NCBI RefSeq assembly: GCF_009914755.1
Contig: NC_060930.1
From: the human T2T-CHM13v2.0 reference genome, Homo sapiens
DNA length: 64,000 nt
Direction: 5' to 3' (one strand)
This document shows positions 1 to 14,272 of this stretch, in pieces. Under the pieces are notes generated by a model. That model was not told the DNA's origin. It did not search any database and saw only the letters and a program-made list of their open reading frames with translations. Numbering within the stretch: the first letter of the stretch is position 1; each line of letters begins with the position of its first letter. Made by a program: the position numbers and the translations under genes.

Positions 1-174
1 ACAGACAGACCTCCTGTCTAGCAAAAATAAATTTTGCCAGCACACTGCCTTTGGACTCAACTGCAACTCTTCCTTCAGTCTTCAGCCTGACAACCTACCT
101 GAAGATTTTGGATTTAACAAGCCTTCTCCCTCTCCTTCTTTCTCCCTCTATCCATTTATATTTATATTTTCATT

Positions 175-211
<37 letters not shown>

Positions 212-249
212 CCTATCAGCTCTGCTTCTTCGGAGAACCCTGAGTAACA
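1..249 (+). mobile_element. MLT2-type (ERVL) LTR, 3' part
   Basis: Ends ...CTTCGGAGAACCCTGAGTAACA, like the MLT2 terminus, with the internal CA-rich tract typical of MLT2. Confidence 0.6.
179..210. repeat. (CA)16 microsatellite
   Basis: Seen directly. Confidence 0.95.
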
Positions 250-973
250 CCCTGATTAACACCAACACTTATTTGATATTGAGTTGGCTACCTCTTTTAA
301 CCCTCACAACAATCTTTTCAAATAGCTGTTGTTCTCTCTAATCCATGGATGAAAAAAACTAAGGTCTACAAAGGCTTAGTACCTTAGTAAGAAAGAGTGG
401 AGTCAAAAACAGACAGCAAAGCAGTTACAGTCGCCATGGCAGGGCCTGTAGTGGTTGCTCAAGGATCTACTGCTAGTGAGATAGAGCCTGAATTTCAATC
501 TAAGGTTATCTAAACCCAAAGGTAGGGAAAAATATTATATTTATCTTTGTGCAAATACAGAAACTGAATACACTATCCAAAGTAAGTGACCTAAACTTGC
601 AACTGTGTTGGAACAGAGACTGGAGGCTAGAAAAGTGTGCTTTCAACTACAATATACTTAAAGTGTGACTAAAAGCCACTCTAACCTGTTTTATTCTGTT
701 CAGGATGGCATTTCCTGATCATTTGCTTTTGCAGTATCATATGATAAACATGGTCTGTCTGAGCACGCAGTTTAGAAAGCAAAATTTTATTTCATTCAAA
801 TGTTCCTAAAGAGAGTAAATTTTTTAAAAACATCATTGTGTTTACAGGAAAATTCTTCTCAAAGTTGGCTACCCTTTCCAAATCATTAAATGTTTTCATT
901 TTCTCACCCAATAAAAAATAAACTAGACAACTGCATAAGAGAAATATAAAAACCACCTTCAGCAATGTGTTAC

Positions 974-1107
974 CTGTCAAAGTCAGAGTTCAGATGCTCG
1001 AAATTTTTTACTACTCTAAGAACCTGGATCTCCTGACTGTTGAAGGAAGGTGGCAACAATCCATGAATGTTCAATTGCTGTCTCTCTTCCAGGGTAAAGG
1101 CCAAGTC
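974..1107 (-). CDS. ME1: Malic enzyme 1, exon 2 (134 nt)
   Basis: Acceptor ctctatag|GAC and donor GACAG|gtaaca. Reads DLAFTLEERQQLNIHGLLPPSFNSQEIQVLRVVKNFEHLNSDFD(R), continuing exon 1 in frame and matching ME1. Not in the ORF track in this frame. Confidence 0.97.
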
Positions 1108-2101
1108 CTATAGAGAAAAAACACACACACACACACAACAGTATTTGAGAGGAAAATAGACAAAAAGCATACATATAAAATCTGACAAGTATATGCAATT
1201 AAAAATCCGAAGTCTGCGTCACTGGAAGCATGGCCATGTGGCTGTGAGTAAACCATGTAAGCTCTCCATATCTCAGTTTCCCTATCTGTAGAAATTAGAA
1301 TACTATAATATTTCAGAGCTGTGCCACTCAGAGATAATTAGGATAAAATCAGATGATGAATGGAAGGAAACTACTTAAAGACACAAAAATGAAAGAAGAT
1401 ATAATCATTATTATCAATGTCAGTACATATAAAAATAAAAAGTCATTATTAGAAGAGATTTTAAAATTATGAATGTGAGTAAGTCACCTGTGACCTGCTG
1501 TGATTCCACCTTTAAAATAGGTCAGGAAATGCCTTATATGATTCTGAGTTACCTGTTTCAACATTCCTCTCCCAAGTTGTAGCCTTTGATTCTTATGTAC
1601 TCCTAGGCATACAAAACTTCTCACCATTGTCCATACATACCACACCCTTTTATTCTTCCATGGCACATGGTCAAGATATTCTTCCCTGTTTCTCTGCCCT
1701 TTATGTCTTACCTCAAATGCTTCCTCCTGTCTAAAGCCTCAGTATATCCATTACAACCCTATTATTATACCTATGTTACCTGTTTACATGAACATTGATT
1801 GTATAAAACAAATGATAATAACAAGCTATGAAGCTCAAAAACATGAAAACTAAATAGAAATTATGCATTGATGCATAAACCATAATGGACCTAAGATATT
1901 TGCTGGCATTAATACAAGACAAAGTAATATCAGAGCAGCTCCCGTAGTCATTAAGAAAATGATGTGGTAGATTGGGATAAGGAGTCCCTCTGGAGAGGCA
2001 TCTGATTGGAGACACTGAAGCCCAAGAGACTTCTTTATCTAGACTATGACTGCTGTTCCTCTGGGTCCAGGATAAGTACACCAATATGATATGATAGTTG
2101 G

Positions 2102-2463
2102 TGTTATGGTCTGAACATTTGAGTCCCCCAAAATTCACATTGAAATCCTCACCCCCAAGGCGATGGCATAGGAAGAAGGGCCTTTGGGAGGTGATTAGGT
2201 CATGAGAGCAGACCCCTCATGTATAGGATTATTACCCTTATAAAAGGTACCTCAGAGAGCTTTTCACCCCTTCTGCCATGTGAGGACACAGCAAGAAGAC
2301 CACTGTCTACAAATAAGGAAGCAGACCCCTCACCAAACACCAAATTTGCAGTACCTTGATGTTGGACTTCCCAGCCTCCAGAGCTGTAAGAAATAAATTT
2401 ATTTTGCTTATAAGCCAGCCAGTACATGGTATTCCGTTATGGCAGCCTGAAGGGACTAAGATA
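2102..2463 (+). mobile_element. MLT1A-type MaLR solo LTR
   Basis: TGTTATGG...CCCCCAAAATTCA...GGGCCTTTGGGAGGTGATTAGGTCATGAG...GCAGCCTGAA..GACTAAGA. Confidence 0.75.
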
Positions 2464-4242
2464 GTTAGTTTTGCTCATTGTCACTACTGCTATCTCTAAT
2501 CAACCTGGATAGGTAAGAATGTGTTCATTAACTTTGCACTGAGTGATTCTACAATCATTCCTCTGTCCCTGAAAGCTTCTTGCAATGACAGAATAGTGGC
2601 TCTTGAGTACTTATAAAGTGTATTACTAGAGGGAAAGGAGAGACAATTCGGTTCATCCCACAGGGAGGTGACAAACCCTGATTGGTTAGGAATAAACACG
2701 TCCAAACCCAGGAAGTTTGTGAAAGAGGTCAATGAATGAACAATCCTCTCTTTCTTCTAATTTTTCATATAGATATACCCATTAATTCATGTCACTGATG
2801 GAAAGGTTTGTGTTTAATTAGCCTCCTGGGTTGAGGGCCAGACTGAAGAGAGACAAATTGGTCCACTGAATGACGCCATGATAGAGCTCTCTGAGATAAC
2901 TGCAAGAGCGGGCTGGGACCAATGGTTTCAGAATCTTCAGCGCAAGAAGCAGTGCACAACCTTCAATTCTCATAAGGTCTCTAAGTGCTATCACCACAGC
3001 TGGTGTCTAGTTGCAAGATATTTTTCATTAGCAGCCATTCTCATAGCTGCAAAAGCCCCCATTGTTACAGTTGGGCGTCCTCTGAAGTTCAATTTGTGTG
3101 GACAGCAGCAGAATGGTCTCTTTCCAAGAGGATAATCCAGTATGTTCAATTGTGTCTGGACCAATCATCCTCTCCTGGACCTAAATGGCAGATGGTACAA
3201 TCTGTCAGTCCTTTACCCAGCAGTTCCAGCTGGCACCAGGAGACATCCGTGGTATCGCCTGAAGTCTTTGCTTGCCATTTACTTTTTTACTTTTGGTTTG
3301 CACCCCCACAACAGAATGAAAACTCCACGGGGCCACAGAATTTTGTTTTCTTCACTGCTTTCTCCCTAGTGCTTACAACAGTGCCTGACATAAATAGAAC
3401 TCAGAAATTTGTTGCAATAAAATTTTAACATAGTCAATAGAATATTTATAATTCATTAGAATTTATTATGAGAAAATTTAGAATTCATAGAAATTTTCAA
3501 ACATTCAATTTTAGAGATATTAAAATTTATAAAATCTATTAAATTGCTGCTCAAAAACCTGATTAGCATATTCATTCTGATCAAATTACTTTTAAAATTC
3601 AAAGCAACAAGAGATATTTGTATGAAAAAGTAATTTATAAAATGGAAGACAAACTTCACTTGTTGAAGATATAACTGGGAAGACAACATTTAAACCAAAA
3701 TGTCATGAAATAACTCCTTGGAATGAAACAAAATTATGGACAGTAATATATTTGAAAAAGAAAGAAGAGAAAACTCAATAGATTTTTATCTAACTAGAAA
3801 ATGAAAAGGGGAAAGGAAAGCTGGCTAAAGTCTCAAAAATATATAAATATATGTGAAGAAGCAGTAAACTTCTGAGTGTTATGCCTTGAAAATCTGCCCA
3901 AAAACATAATAATCAAAATATCAATATTTTGATAAGTCTTGTGAGATGTACTAACATATGCCCTTTCATTCCCTTAATAATGGCACTTAACAACATTTAT
4001 TGTTATAGTTAGCCAGTCTTTTAACATAAATTTTCCAATGGCATGTTCTGAAACTGATTCCTAAATCTAACGATTCTCCATATCTTATGCCATGTAAATG
4101 ATAATGCCATCTGGAAATCTTTTTATATTCTTTGATGTTTAGCAACTACAAACTCCCATATACCATTAGCCAAATTTTCCAAAACACACTAAAGTGCCAA
4201 TTCAATCCTTTTAAAAACAACAGCAACAAAACCTAGGGCTTA

Positions 4243-4610
<368 letters not shown>

Positions 4611-5789
4611 CTATTACCACCCTTTACAAGTTAAAAGAACATCAACAAATAAGTAAACTTAAATCTTAAAATCCCTGAAAAAATTTAAAATGGATATTGT
4701 ATTATTTCTTTAAAGCCACAGTTTCTATTTTTCATACTAACAGAGACATATTCATTAGAGATATATTTTGTAGAAATTTATAAACAGGTCAGTTATGTGT
4801 AAAGTTTGAAGTAAAATAGTTCAAAGAATTTTTACCTTAGCATTATCCTGCAGGGCCTATCCAACAAAGGATAATTAACCCAAATTATACATGCAGGTTC
4901 TAACTGTCATTTGATTTCTACCAAGTCTTTCATGTAGTTGAAGATATCAGACGTCTATATAGATATATTAGGTTTCCAGACCACCTGTACATCTAATTCT
5001 CTAAAGACATCCTCATATATGCTAAGTTTGATCCTGGTTTTTCTCCTTTTTTGTCTTTTCTTTGCTTTCCCTATTCCTTATAAAACCTTTGGACTAGATC
5101 CCTAGACAGCAGAATGGTACGTTGTTTCACTGCTAAGGGCAGCAAACAGGGCAACTATTCTTCTGGACTGTGCTAATTAACCTATGTATATCTTCTTGAC
5201 AAAACTGAGACTGTCAAGCAGAAATGAAAAGAAAATTCCTGACATGACGAAGGACTTATATTAGAAATGATATTTGCAGGGAGCAAGCATAACTGAGAAA
5301 GAAACTTTGTCCTGAGTAATTTATCAGAAACTATTGCCATAAAAACAGAACAAATATATTCTGTATTCCGCACTAACAATCCTTAATATTTCCAATGAAT
5401 GACTTTTTTTCCCTGAAAAATTACTAAATCAAGCTGAATTGCAAAAAAAAAGGAAACATTTATCTTATTCATAAAGATCTTTAAGACAATTAATCTATAC
5501 ATGTATGAAAATTCATTATGGTAACAGAACTTATAATTTAAATATTTGAGGCTATGATTATATTACGGCAGAGATGGTTTGTGTGTTCTGTTTAACTAGT
5601 GTAATCTCTAGTGTCTAGAATAATACTTGTGTGGCACTTCATAGGCAATCAAAAAAATGTGTCGGATTAACTAACTAATGATTAATTAATTATACTTGTT
5701 ATAGTACATTTTGGAGAAGACAAAGCAGAAAAGAGAATAAGGAAGGTTAAAAATGGTAGAAAGGCAAATGGAAAGTAATAATTGCAAAT

Positions 5790-6180
5790 AATTTGAAACA
5801 ACAAAAGTCCTTCAACTAGTAAATGGATAAAACTAAGGTATATCCATACACTGAAATATTACCCAACAGTAAAAAAACAAAACTATTGATACACAAAACA
5901 TAGATGAATCATGTTAAGTGAAAGAAGCCAGACTCAAAAGGCTACATACTGTATGATTCCATTTATATGACATTCTGAAAAAGCAAAGTTATATGAATAG
6001 AAAAAGATCAGTAGTTGCCAGGGACTGGGAGTGGAAAAAAGGGTTTGACTTCAAAGAGGGAGCAAAAAGAAAATGTTTTTCAGTGATAGAACCATTCCTT
6101 ATTGTGGTGTTGATTACACAACATTGCATATTTGTCAAAACTAATAGAACTGTACATCCAAAAGTAAATTTCATTATATT
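5790..6180 (+). mobile_element. Old L1M (L1MB/MC-like) 3' fragment
   Basis: GAAAGAAGCCAGACTCAAAAGGCTACATACTGTATGATTCCATTTATATGACATTCT... motif. Confidence 0.7.
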
Positions 6181-6294
6181 GAATTTTATTAGACTCTATA
6201 GAGTCAATTCAGTAACTAATATTCTCTTTACTTAAAAAGAAATATAATTACAATGACTAAAAATTTGTTTAGCAAATTATTGATATATTTCATA

Positions 6295-6555
6295 TTCCAC
6301 CTCCTAGGCTCAAGTGATCCTCCTGCCTCAGTCTCCCAAGTAGCTAAGACAACAGGCACATGCCACCATGCTCAGCTAATTGTGTTTGTATTTTTTGGTA
6401 GAGACTGGGTTTCACCATGTTGCTCCAGACTAGGCTTGAACTCCTGAGCTCAAGCGATCTGCCTGCCTTGGCCTCCCAAAGTCCTAGGATTATTACACAA
6501 TCAAATTAAACAAAGAATATTTTAGGCCAGGCACAGTGGCTCGCACATCCAGCCT
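6295..6555 (-). mobile_element. Truncated AluJ with a rearranged 5' end
   Basis: Antisense Alu sequence 6295-6493. Alu head sequence reappears inverted at ~6525-6542. Confidence 0.8.
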
Positions 6556-7032
6556 AAAATATTCTTTATCTAATATGATTGTCTTTGAATCCTTTATGAA
6601 AATTTTTTCTTAATTTTTTATTTCAAATGAATTATATATATTTTATTAATGTGACCTTGCAAATAATATAGTAGATCTATCTTAAAATTATTTCTTCATA
6701 TCAAAAAAGTTTTAGAATTAATTTTAATGCTAATTTGGGGGAGAAAATTATTTATATATAAAGAGTACAGAAAGAGGACCCTTTATATTTTTATTATTTA
6801 TTATTCTGAAAGAGATAAAATTGAGCTTGTTTTAAGTGTCATATTTTCAATTTATTAACATAGTTTATGTGCATATTTTACATCTACATTAAGAGAATTG
6901 ATACTAATTTGCCCTGAACACATTCTACTGAAGGGTTCCTTCCTCCAAGGCTTCTATAGTGCCAAAAATTGTTCTTTGGAAATGATTATTTTTAAATTCT
7001 AATTGATAATATAGATAACAATTTCTAGAATT

Positions 7033-7432
<400 letters not shown>

Positions 7433-9067
7433 TCAGAAAATAATCATATAAAAATAATTACTTTGAATGCATTTAACTATACAAACAAATTCTTTATTAG
7501 TCTCCTTTAAAGGACAGAAAACCAATTATTTAAGGCCAACAATATATTAAACACAGCTTCTTTACACAAAAGATCATTTGCTTTCATTCCATAGTAATTA
7601 ATTTTTACTCATATCTGATATAAAGTAATTTTAACCTGTTAATGATTATAACAATATATCTAAAATATATTCAGCTAAGTCTTGGCCTTTGATACCCTAA
7701 AATTTACAGCAAAATATCACTTTATAGTACCCCAAAATTATTTCATTGAGGTATGAATATAGGATATAAGCAAGTGTAACAATTTTGTGATTTAAATGAC
7801 ATGTTTGCTTAAATTTTTTTTTAAAAAAAGAAAGAACACCTCTACCTAAGAGAGCAAATGGGTTTTTAAAACATTGGATGAGAGGTTTAAGTATTTCTCA
7901 CTTAAAAGTCTTATTACTGATCGTTATAGATTCTTTGTAAGGCTGAAAAATTGTTAGCCAACAATGTCAACACTAAATTTTCCCAAATATATCTCTTGAA
8001 ATCATTGAAATCATTTGAAAAATTTCAAAAGCTTTTCAGCAAGATGGAGCACTATTTTATCATAACAAGTTGTAAGGCAAATTTCACTGTCACTAAACCA
8101 ATAGAGAAAAGTATCTGTTAAATAAGCAGATTGAGACTTCTCAGTAAATACCTGAAACTAGCAATGGACACAAATGATGAAAAATCAAAATTTAAGATCT
8201 TCAATTGAAACGTGTATGAATAATCCAAATAAACCACTGGTTGCCAATAGACTTCCTAGTTATCATACGTACCTTTATACTATTTTTTAAAATCTTATAT
8301 ATGTGACAAAATCCTCTATGCCTATGATAGTGTGTATAGTGATTACTCATATAATGAACCAGAAAGATCAGAATTATAAAATAATCCTCTATTGTGTCTT
8401 GATTTCTTAACTCTTCAAGCTAATAGAAGAATCTGCAGACTATGAACATTAGACAGCAATTCCAACACATTTAATTACCAATTAATTTACACACGAAGTT
8501 GCAAATGTCTGTTTCTTCCTGTGTCCTTTGCCTATTCCTGAATAATGATCTCCTTCAAGGGATAATTCTATCATAGAATGTCCCATAGTTCATTGTTTCT
8601 GCTTACCTGCCATTTTACCCAGGTCTGGAAGACAGGCACTATACTATTCATATTTGTATGACAGCACCTAGTACAATGTCGGGATGGAGCAGGGCCTTAA
8701 TAAATTTTAAATAAGCAAATGGATGTATAAATACATTAATGTGAAACAAATTTTCAGTACTCTGTAGTTCGGTTCTGTGTAGTTCTATTTTGAATAACCA
8801 AATCACCGAATTCAAATTTCAAACAAAGATTTATTTATGCAATAGTACAAAGAGTGCTCATGATTTAAAAATCTCCCAAATAATAATTAAGCTTTCCACA
8901 TATACCTTAGGAAATCATTTAATTAAACTAATCCACTATTAACAAGTTTTTTCATTGACTTTAAACCAGGCATTCAAGATCAACTTTGGTTTGACCAAAA
9001 TATATATCTACATATCAGCATAAGTGCCAGAGTTTATGGGGATTTTTTAAAGTACTTTCATCTTGAC

Positions 9068-9150
9068 CAGGTTTCTCAATCTTGGTACTAGTGACATTTT
9101 AGGACAGACAATTATTTGTTGTAGGCAGCTATTCAGTACATTTTTGGTAT
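9068..9150. mobile_element. MER20-like hAT fragment
   Basis: CAGGTTTCTCAATCTTGGTACTAGTGACATTTTAGGACAGACAATT resembles the MER20 end. Confidence 0.55.
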
Positions 9151-9778
9151 TTAATAGATTGTAATAAGCCATACACTAGAAATTTAGATGCACACTTCAC
9201 CAACAAATATGACTGAATAGCAACATAAGACTAAAGGGTATACCATTTGTCAAGTTTGAGTCACAAGTAGATATTATTTAACACTTGATTTTGAGCAAAT
9301 ATTTAAGGTGTTAAGGGTTAAATGGAGATTTGCCTCAATTATTGCATCTGCTAAATAAGACTAATCAACTATTTACTGAACACATAGTACATGTTATGTG
9401 TGTTTCACTGGGTTGTTGGGAAGAAAAAAATGAGACCAGGTGTTTTTGCATCCTACGTAAATTATAAAGTGTTATATAAATGCTTATGGTACAAAGTTTT
9501 AAAATAAAGTCACTAATATGCACATGCTACATGAATATTGACTTTTATTCTTCACATTTCAGTATTGTCTGAAAGCCTCTGAGTTTAAGAATCAGTTTTC
9601 AGAGACCAAGGTCAGTGCTTCTGGTGAAGAACCAATTTAGCCCCCTATCAGAGGCTTTTAACTTAAAATTCACAGACCTAATCACAGATCCTCAAGGTAT
9701 GGATGAGTAATTAAGGAGGCCTGAACTTGGACATCTTTTTCACAAACTCTATGAGATTTAGTATTTCCTTCCATTTTA

Positions 9779-10117
<339 letters not shown>

Positions 10118-10251
10118 GTAGTTTCTGTGTCTTTGTCATAATAGAAATAACAATTATTTTTATGCCATGTTACATCTGTGGCATGTATCTGGAAATAACA
10201 TTCATGTTCTTCATTACTTTGAAATTACTGTAGCTTTAGATCTGCAATAAG

Positions 10252-10553
10252 GTTTTGTTTTGCTTTGTTTTGCTTTGTTTAGAGACAGTCTGTTGCCCAG
10301 GATAGAGTGCGGTAGTATAATCATAGCTCACTGCAGCCTCGAATTCCTGGGCTCAAGCAATCCTCTTGCCTTAGCTTCTTGAGTAGCTGGAACTATACGC
10401 ATACACCACCACATCTGGAAAAAAAATTTTTTTTTGAGACAGGGTCTCACTATGTTGCCCTGATTGATCTCAAATTCCTGTCCTTTGTCCTCAAGCAGTC
10501 TTCCTCCCTTGGCCTCCCAAAGTGCTGGGATTACAGGAGCCACTGTGCCTAAC
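10252..10553 (-). mobile_element. AluJ
   Basis: Antisense dimeric Alu with T-rich tail. Confidence 0.88.
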
Positions 10554-10560
10554 TAACATG

Positions 10561-10884
10561 TTTTTTTTGTTGTTTTTTGTTGTTGTTGTTGTTGTTGTTG
10601 TTTTGAGACGGAGTCTCACTTTGTCGCCCAGGCTAGAGTGAAGTGGCGTGATCTCGGATCATTGCAACCTCCGCCACCCAGGTTCAAGCCATTCTCCTGC
10701 CTCAGCCTCCTAAGCAGGTGGGACTACAGGCGCGTGCCACCATGCACAGCTAATTTTTGTATTTTTAGTAGAGACGGGGTTTCACCATGTTGGCCAGGAT
10801 GGTCTCGATCTCTTGACCTTGTGATCCACCCGCCTTGGCCTCCCAAAGTACTGGGATTACAGGCATGAGCTACAACGCCAGGCC
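10561..10884 (-). mobile_element. AluS (Sc-like) with (TTG)n tail
   Basis: Antisense Alu containing GGTCTCGATCTCTTGACCT. Confidence 0.9.
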
Positions 10885-11374
10885 CAACTTTTTTTAATAA
10901 CATGAACAGGCACACAGGCCAGTCATGCAGACAACCTTGATATTGATCTCTTTAAAAAATAAAACTTTACTTTAAATTGCCCATATTTAAATATATTATC
11001 TTGCTATATGAGTCTTCAATAAAGAGGAATATATCTTACAATACACACTTGTAAATATATTTGTTAATATTTTGATACCTATATTTAATTACAAGTGGTT
11101 TCCTTTGTAATATTATGTATACTGTTTATTTAAAATCATTGATTTAAGGAGACCACAGACTTCATCAACTTTCCAACTTTTGTGCCTTTGGCACAAAATA
11201 TGTTGAAAACTGTTGCAGAGGACTGTTTCAGTTTCTTAAGGGATATATACCTCAGACATGATATTCCCAGAAACACCACAAGATGGCTTTCTTGCTTCAG
11301 ATCCACTGTGGAGATTTGCAGAAATGTTTTCTCTCTGCTTTTACAGTTACTTTATGGGCGGTTGTGAAGCTCGC

Positions 11375-11856
11375 TGTATTGGTCAGTTTTCCTAAGAAAC
11401 TGAACCTTTATATATATGAAGAGATTTATTATGAGAGAAATAGTATAATTGGCTCACATGATTATGGAGGCTGACAAGTCCAAAGACCTGCTGCCAGCAA
11501 GCTAGAGACCCAAGAGAGCCAATGGTAATGGTGTAGATCCAGTCTGAAAGCCAGGAGGTTCAAGACCCAGGAAGAGCCCACATTTTAGTTTGAGTCCAAG
11601 GGCAGGAAAAATTTGATGTCCCAGCTTCAGGACAGTCAGGCAGGAGAAGTTCCCTCTTACTCAGCTTTTTCGTCCTTTAACTGATTGGATGAGGCCCACC
11701 CACATTAGGGAGGGCAATCTGCTTTACTCAGTTCAAATGTTCATCTTATCCAGAAACACTCTCACTGACACTACAAGAGTTACAAGAGTAATGTTTGAAC
11801 AAATGTCTGTGCACCCTGTGGCTTAAGCAAGTTGACAGATAAAATTAATCATCACA
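11375..11856 (-). mobile_element. MLT2-type (ERVL) solo LTR
   Basis: TGTATT...ATCACA termini and a 5-bp TSD ctcgc/ctcac. Internal GGCTCACATGATTATGGAGGCTGACAAGTCC motif. Confidence 0.8.
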
Positions 11857-13268
11857 CTCACAGATATCATTGAGTGAATGCTTACAATGCATACAGGAAC
11901 TACCCCAACGAAACAGTGGCTTGTCAGGTATGATCCATAGTCTCATTAGGCTTACAATATAAAGAGCTTAACAGGATATTATATGAAAAGCTACACAAAT
12001 AACTATAACAATTGTGATAAGTACAGGGAAAAGAAAAGGAAGAACTTAATTTAGACAGTTAGAGAAATAGTTCACTGAGGAGTAATGTCAAAATGCAATC
12101 TGAAGGATGACTAGAAAGAGTAGCAGTTGACCAGGTGAAAAGTTGGGGGTAGGTAGAGAAGAAACAGCATGTATATAACCCCTAATGCAGAAAAGCTTGG
12201 CTTCTCAGGGAAAGCGTAGGGAAGGAAACTGCACCAACTGTGAGAAATGATAAAAGATGAGCACTAGAAAGAAAGGTATGAACCTGAGTGGGCAAGTCCT
12301 AGTTAACCAGGTAAGAAGTTTCAAACATTATCCTAAGTATGGGAAGCCCCAGTACCTTTCCTGACTAGTTATTCCATTTCATAAAAATGTTGTGAGTTTA
12401 GCAATAGCCAACCCGCATGTTTATCACTCACCGTATTAAGGAATCCACATACTAAGGCTAGCTCAGATTTTAAAAAAACAAAAGGTGGTGGGTAGAACAA
12501 TGCTTCAGAACTAGTTTCAGACTACCAGGCAAATCATAGATGGCTCAACCTGATATCATGATTCTTAATCTGTTTTCGGTGTCTCTATAAAATTCACATA
12601 CATACTCCCACCTGAAACATTTTTCTTTATAACATTATCTCCTATCTACCACACTAAGGGCATATCTGATTCATGTCCTGTATCAATAACATTTTAACTT
12701 ATGAAAATTAACTTTAAAAAATACTTCATACAATATCTCTAGTATATAATGAAAACACTGGTCACTGGCAACAGTGGTTGCCTTTAGGGAGGGGAACCAG
12801 CTAGCCCAGACACAGAAGTGGCAGACATACTTTTCACATTATTATATCTTATTTTTATAAAGCGAATCTATAAGACTATTTTTAAAATATTAAGAACCAT
12901 TCACCTCAATTTTCAAGAATATTACATTCATATTTAATATTTTCATTTATTAAATCTCATTCCTTTTGCTTCTGGCAGCTCTGGCTATGGTAGAGACTGC
13001 TAATTGCCTACGACAACATCTATTTCCCTCTTCCTTTCCAGGAACAGAATCCTAATATTATTTGGGGTGGCAATGCATTAAATAAAAGACATTTCCTGAC
13101 TCCCCTGTAGTTATATGTGACCATATGACAGAGTACTGAACAATGAGTCCTAAGTGGAAGTATCATGTGAAATGTGGGGAAGGCTACTTTAAAAGAGGGG
13201 ACTTCACTGAAAAGCAGGCCTTCTTGTAATTCTCTCATTTCTTCCAGCAGCCATCTTGGAATGTGTAG

Positions 13269-13573
<305 letters not shown>

Positions 13574-14058
13574 TGTAGGTGGTATCTTTAGACCTACATA
13601 CTCAGTTAGGACCATGAAGTGATCCTGAAGATGACAGAGCAGCAAAAGAGAAGCCTACGTTCCTGATGACTTTGTGGACCCACAGAACAGTTTATCTTAA
13701 TTAAGCTGTATCTTAGTTAACTCACTTTTATTTTGCTTTTTTGTTATATGTAGCAAAACCTAATCCTAAATGATATAGTGGTCATCCTTATACCCATTAA
13801 GGAAAAGAGATTCTCCAACACACATTCAACAGCATATAAAAGAGGTTATTGTGCATTTATCCCACAAGGTAGGATGTGAACTCCTGAGAGGTTATAGCAA
13901 TATCTGCAAGGTAAAACAGTGTTACTTCAAGAATAATCCCTGATTCATTCATTCAACAAATTATTACAGAATACCTACTACATTCCAGGCCCTAAGAGCA
14001 ACTATGTTGAAAGATAAATCTATGATGCAAAACAGTATAACACTCCTTCCCACATCCA

Positions 14059-14272
14059 CAGAGAAATTTTTGTTGTTGTTGTTGGGTTTTTTTGTTGTTG
14101 TTGTTTTTGTTTTTGTTTTTTGTTTTTTTGTTTTTAGTTTTTTGTTTTTTTGGTTTTAAGTAGTGGACAGTTTAATAGGCACAAAAGAAGGGGAAAGAAA
14201 GAAAGAAGCTTCCCTGTATGCAGACAGGGAGGGGGGGCCCAAAGCCAAGAGAGGGAACCCCAAAGAAATTCT
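14059..14272 (-). mobile_element. L1-mediated processed copy of an ERV1-type LTR R region (MER61-like)
   Basis: ~110 bp body ending ATTAAA...AAAACCA, then an ~80 nt A-rich tail. Degenerate TSD cagagaaatttt/caaagaaattct. Confidence 0.65.

Noticed and set aside
2496-3428. Overlapping 75-147 aa ORFs in intron 1 with a faint integrase-like look
   Set aside because: No convincing motif, splice structure or poly(A)/TSD. I cannot assign it without a profile search.
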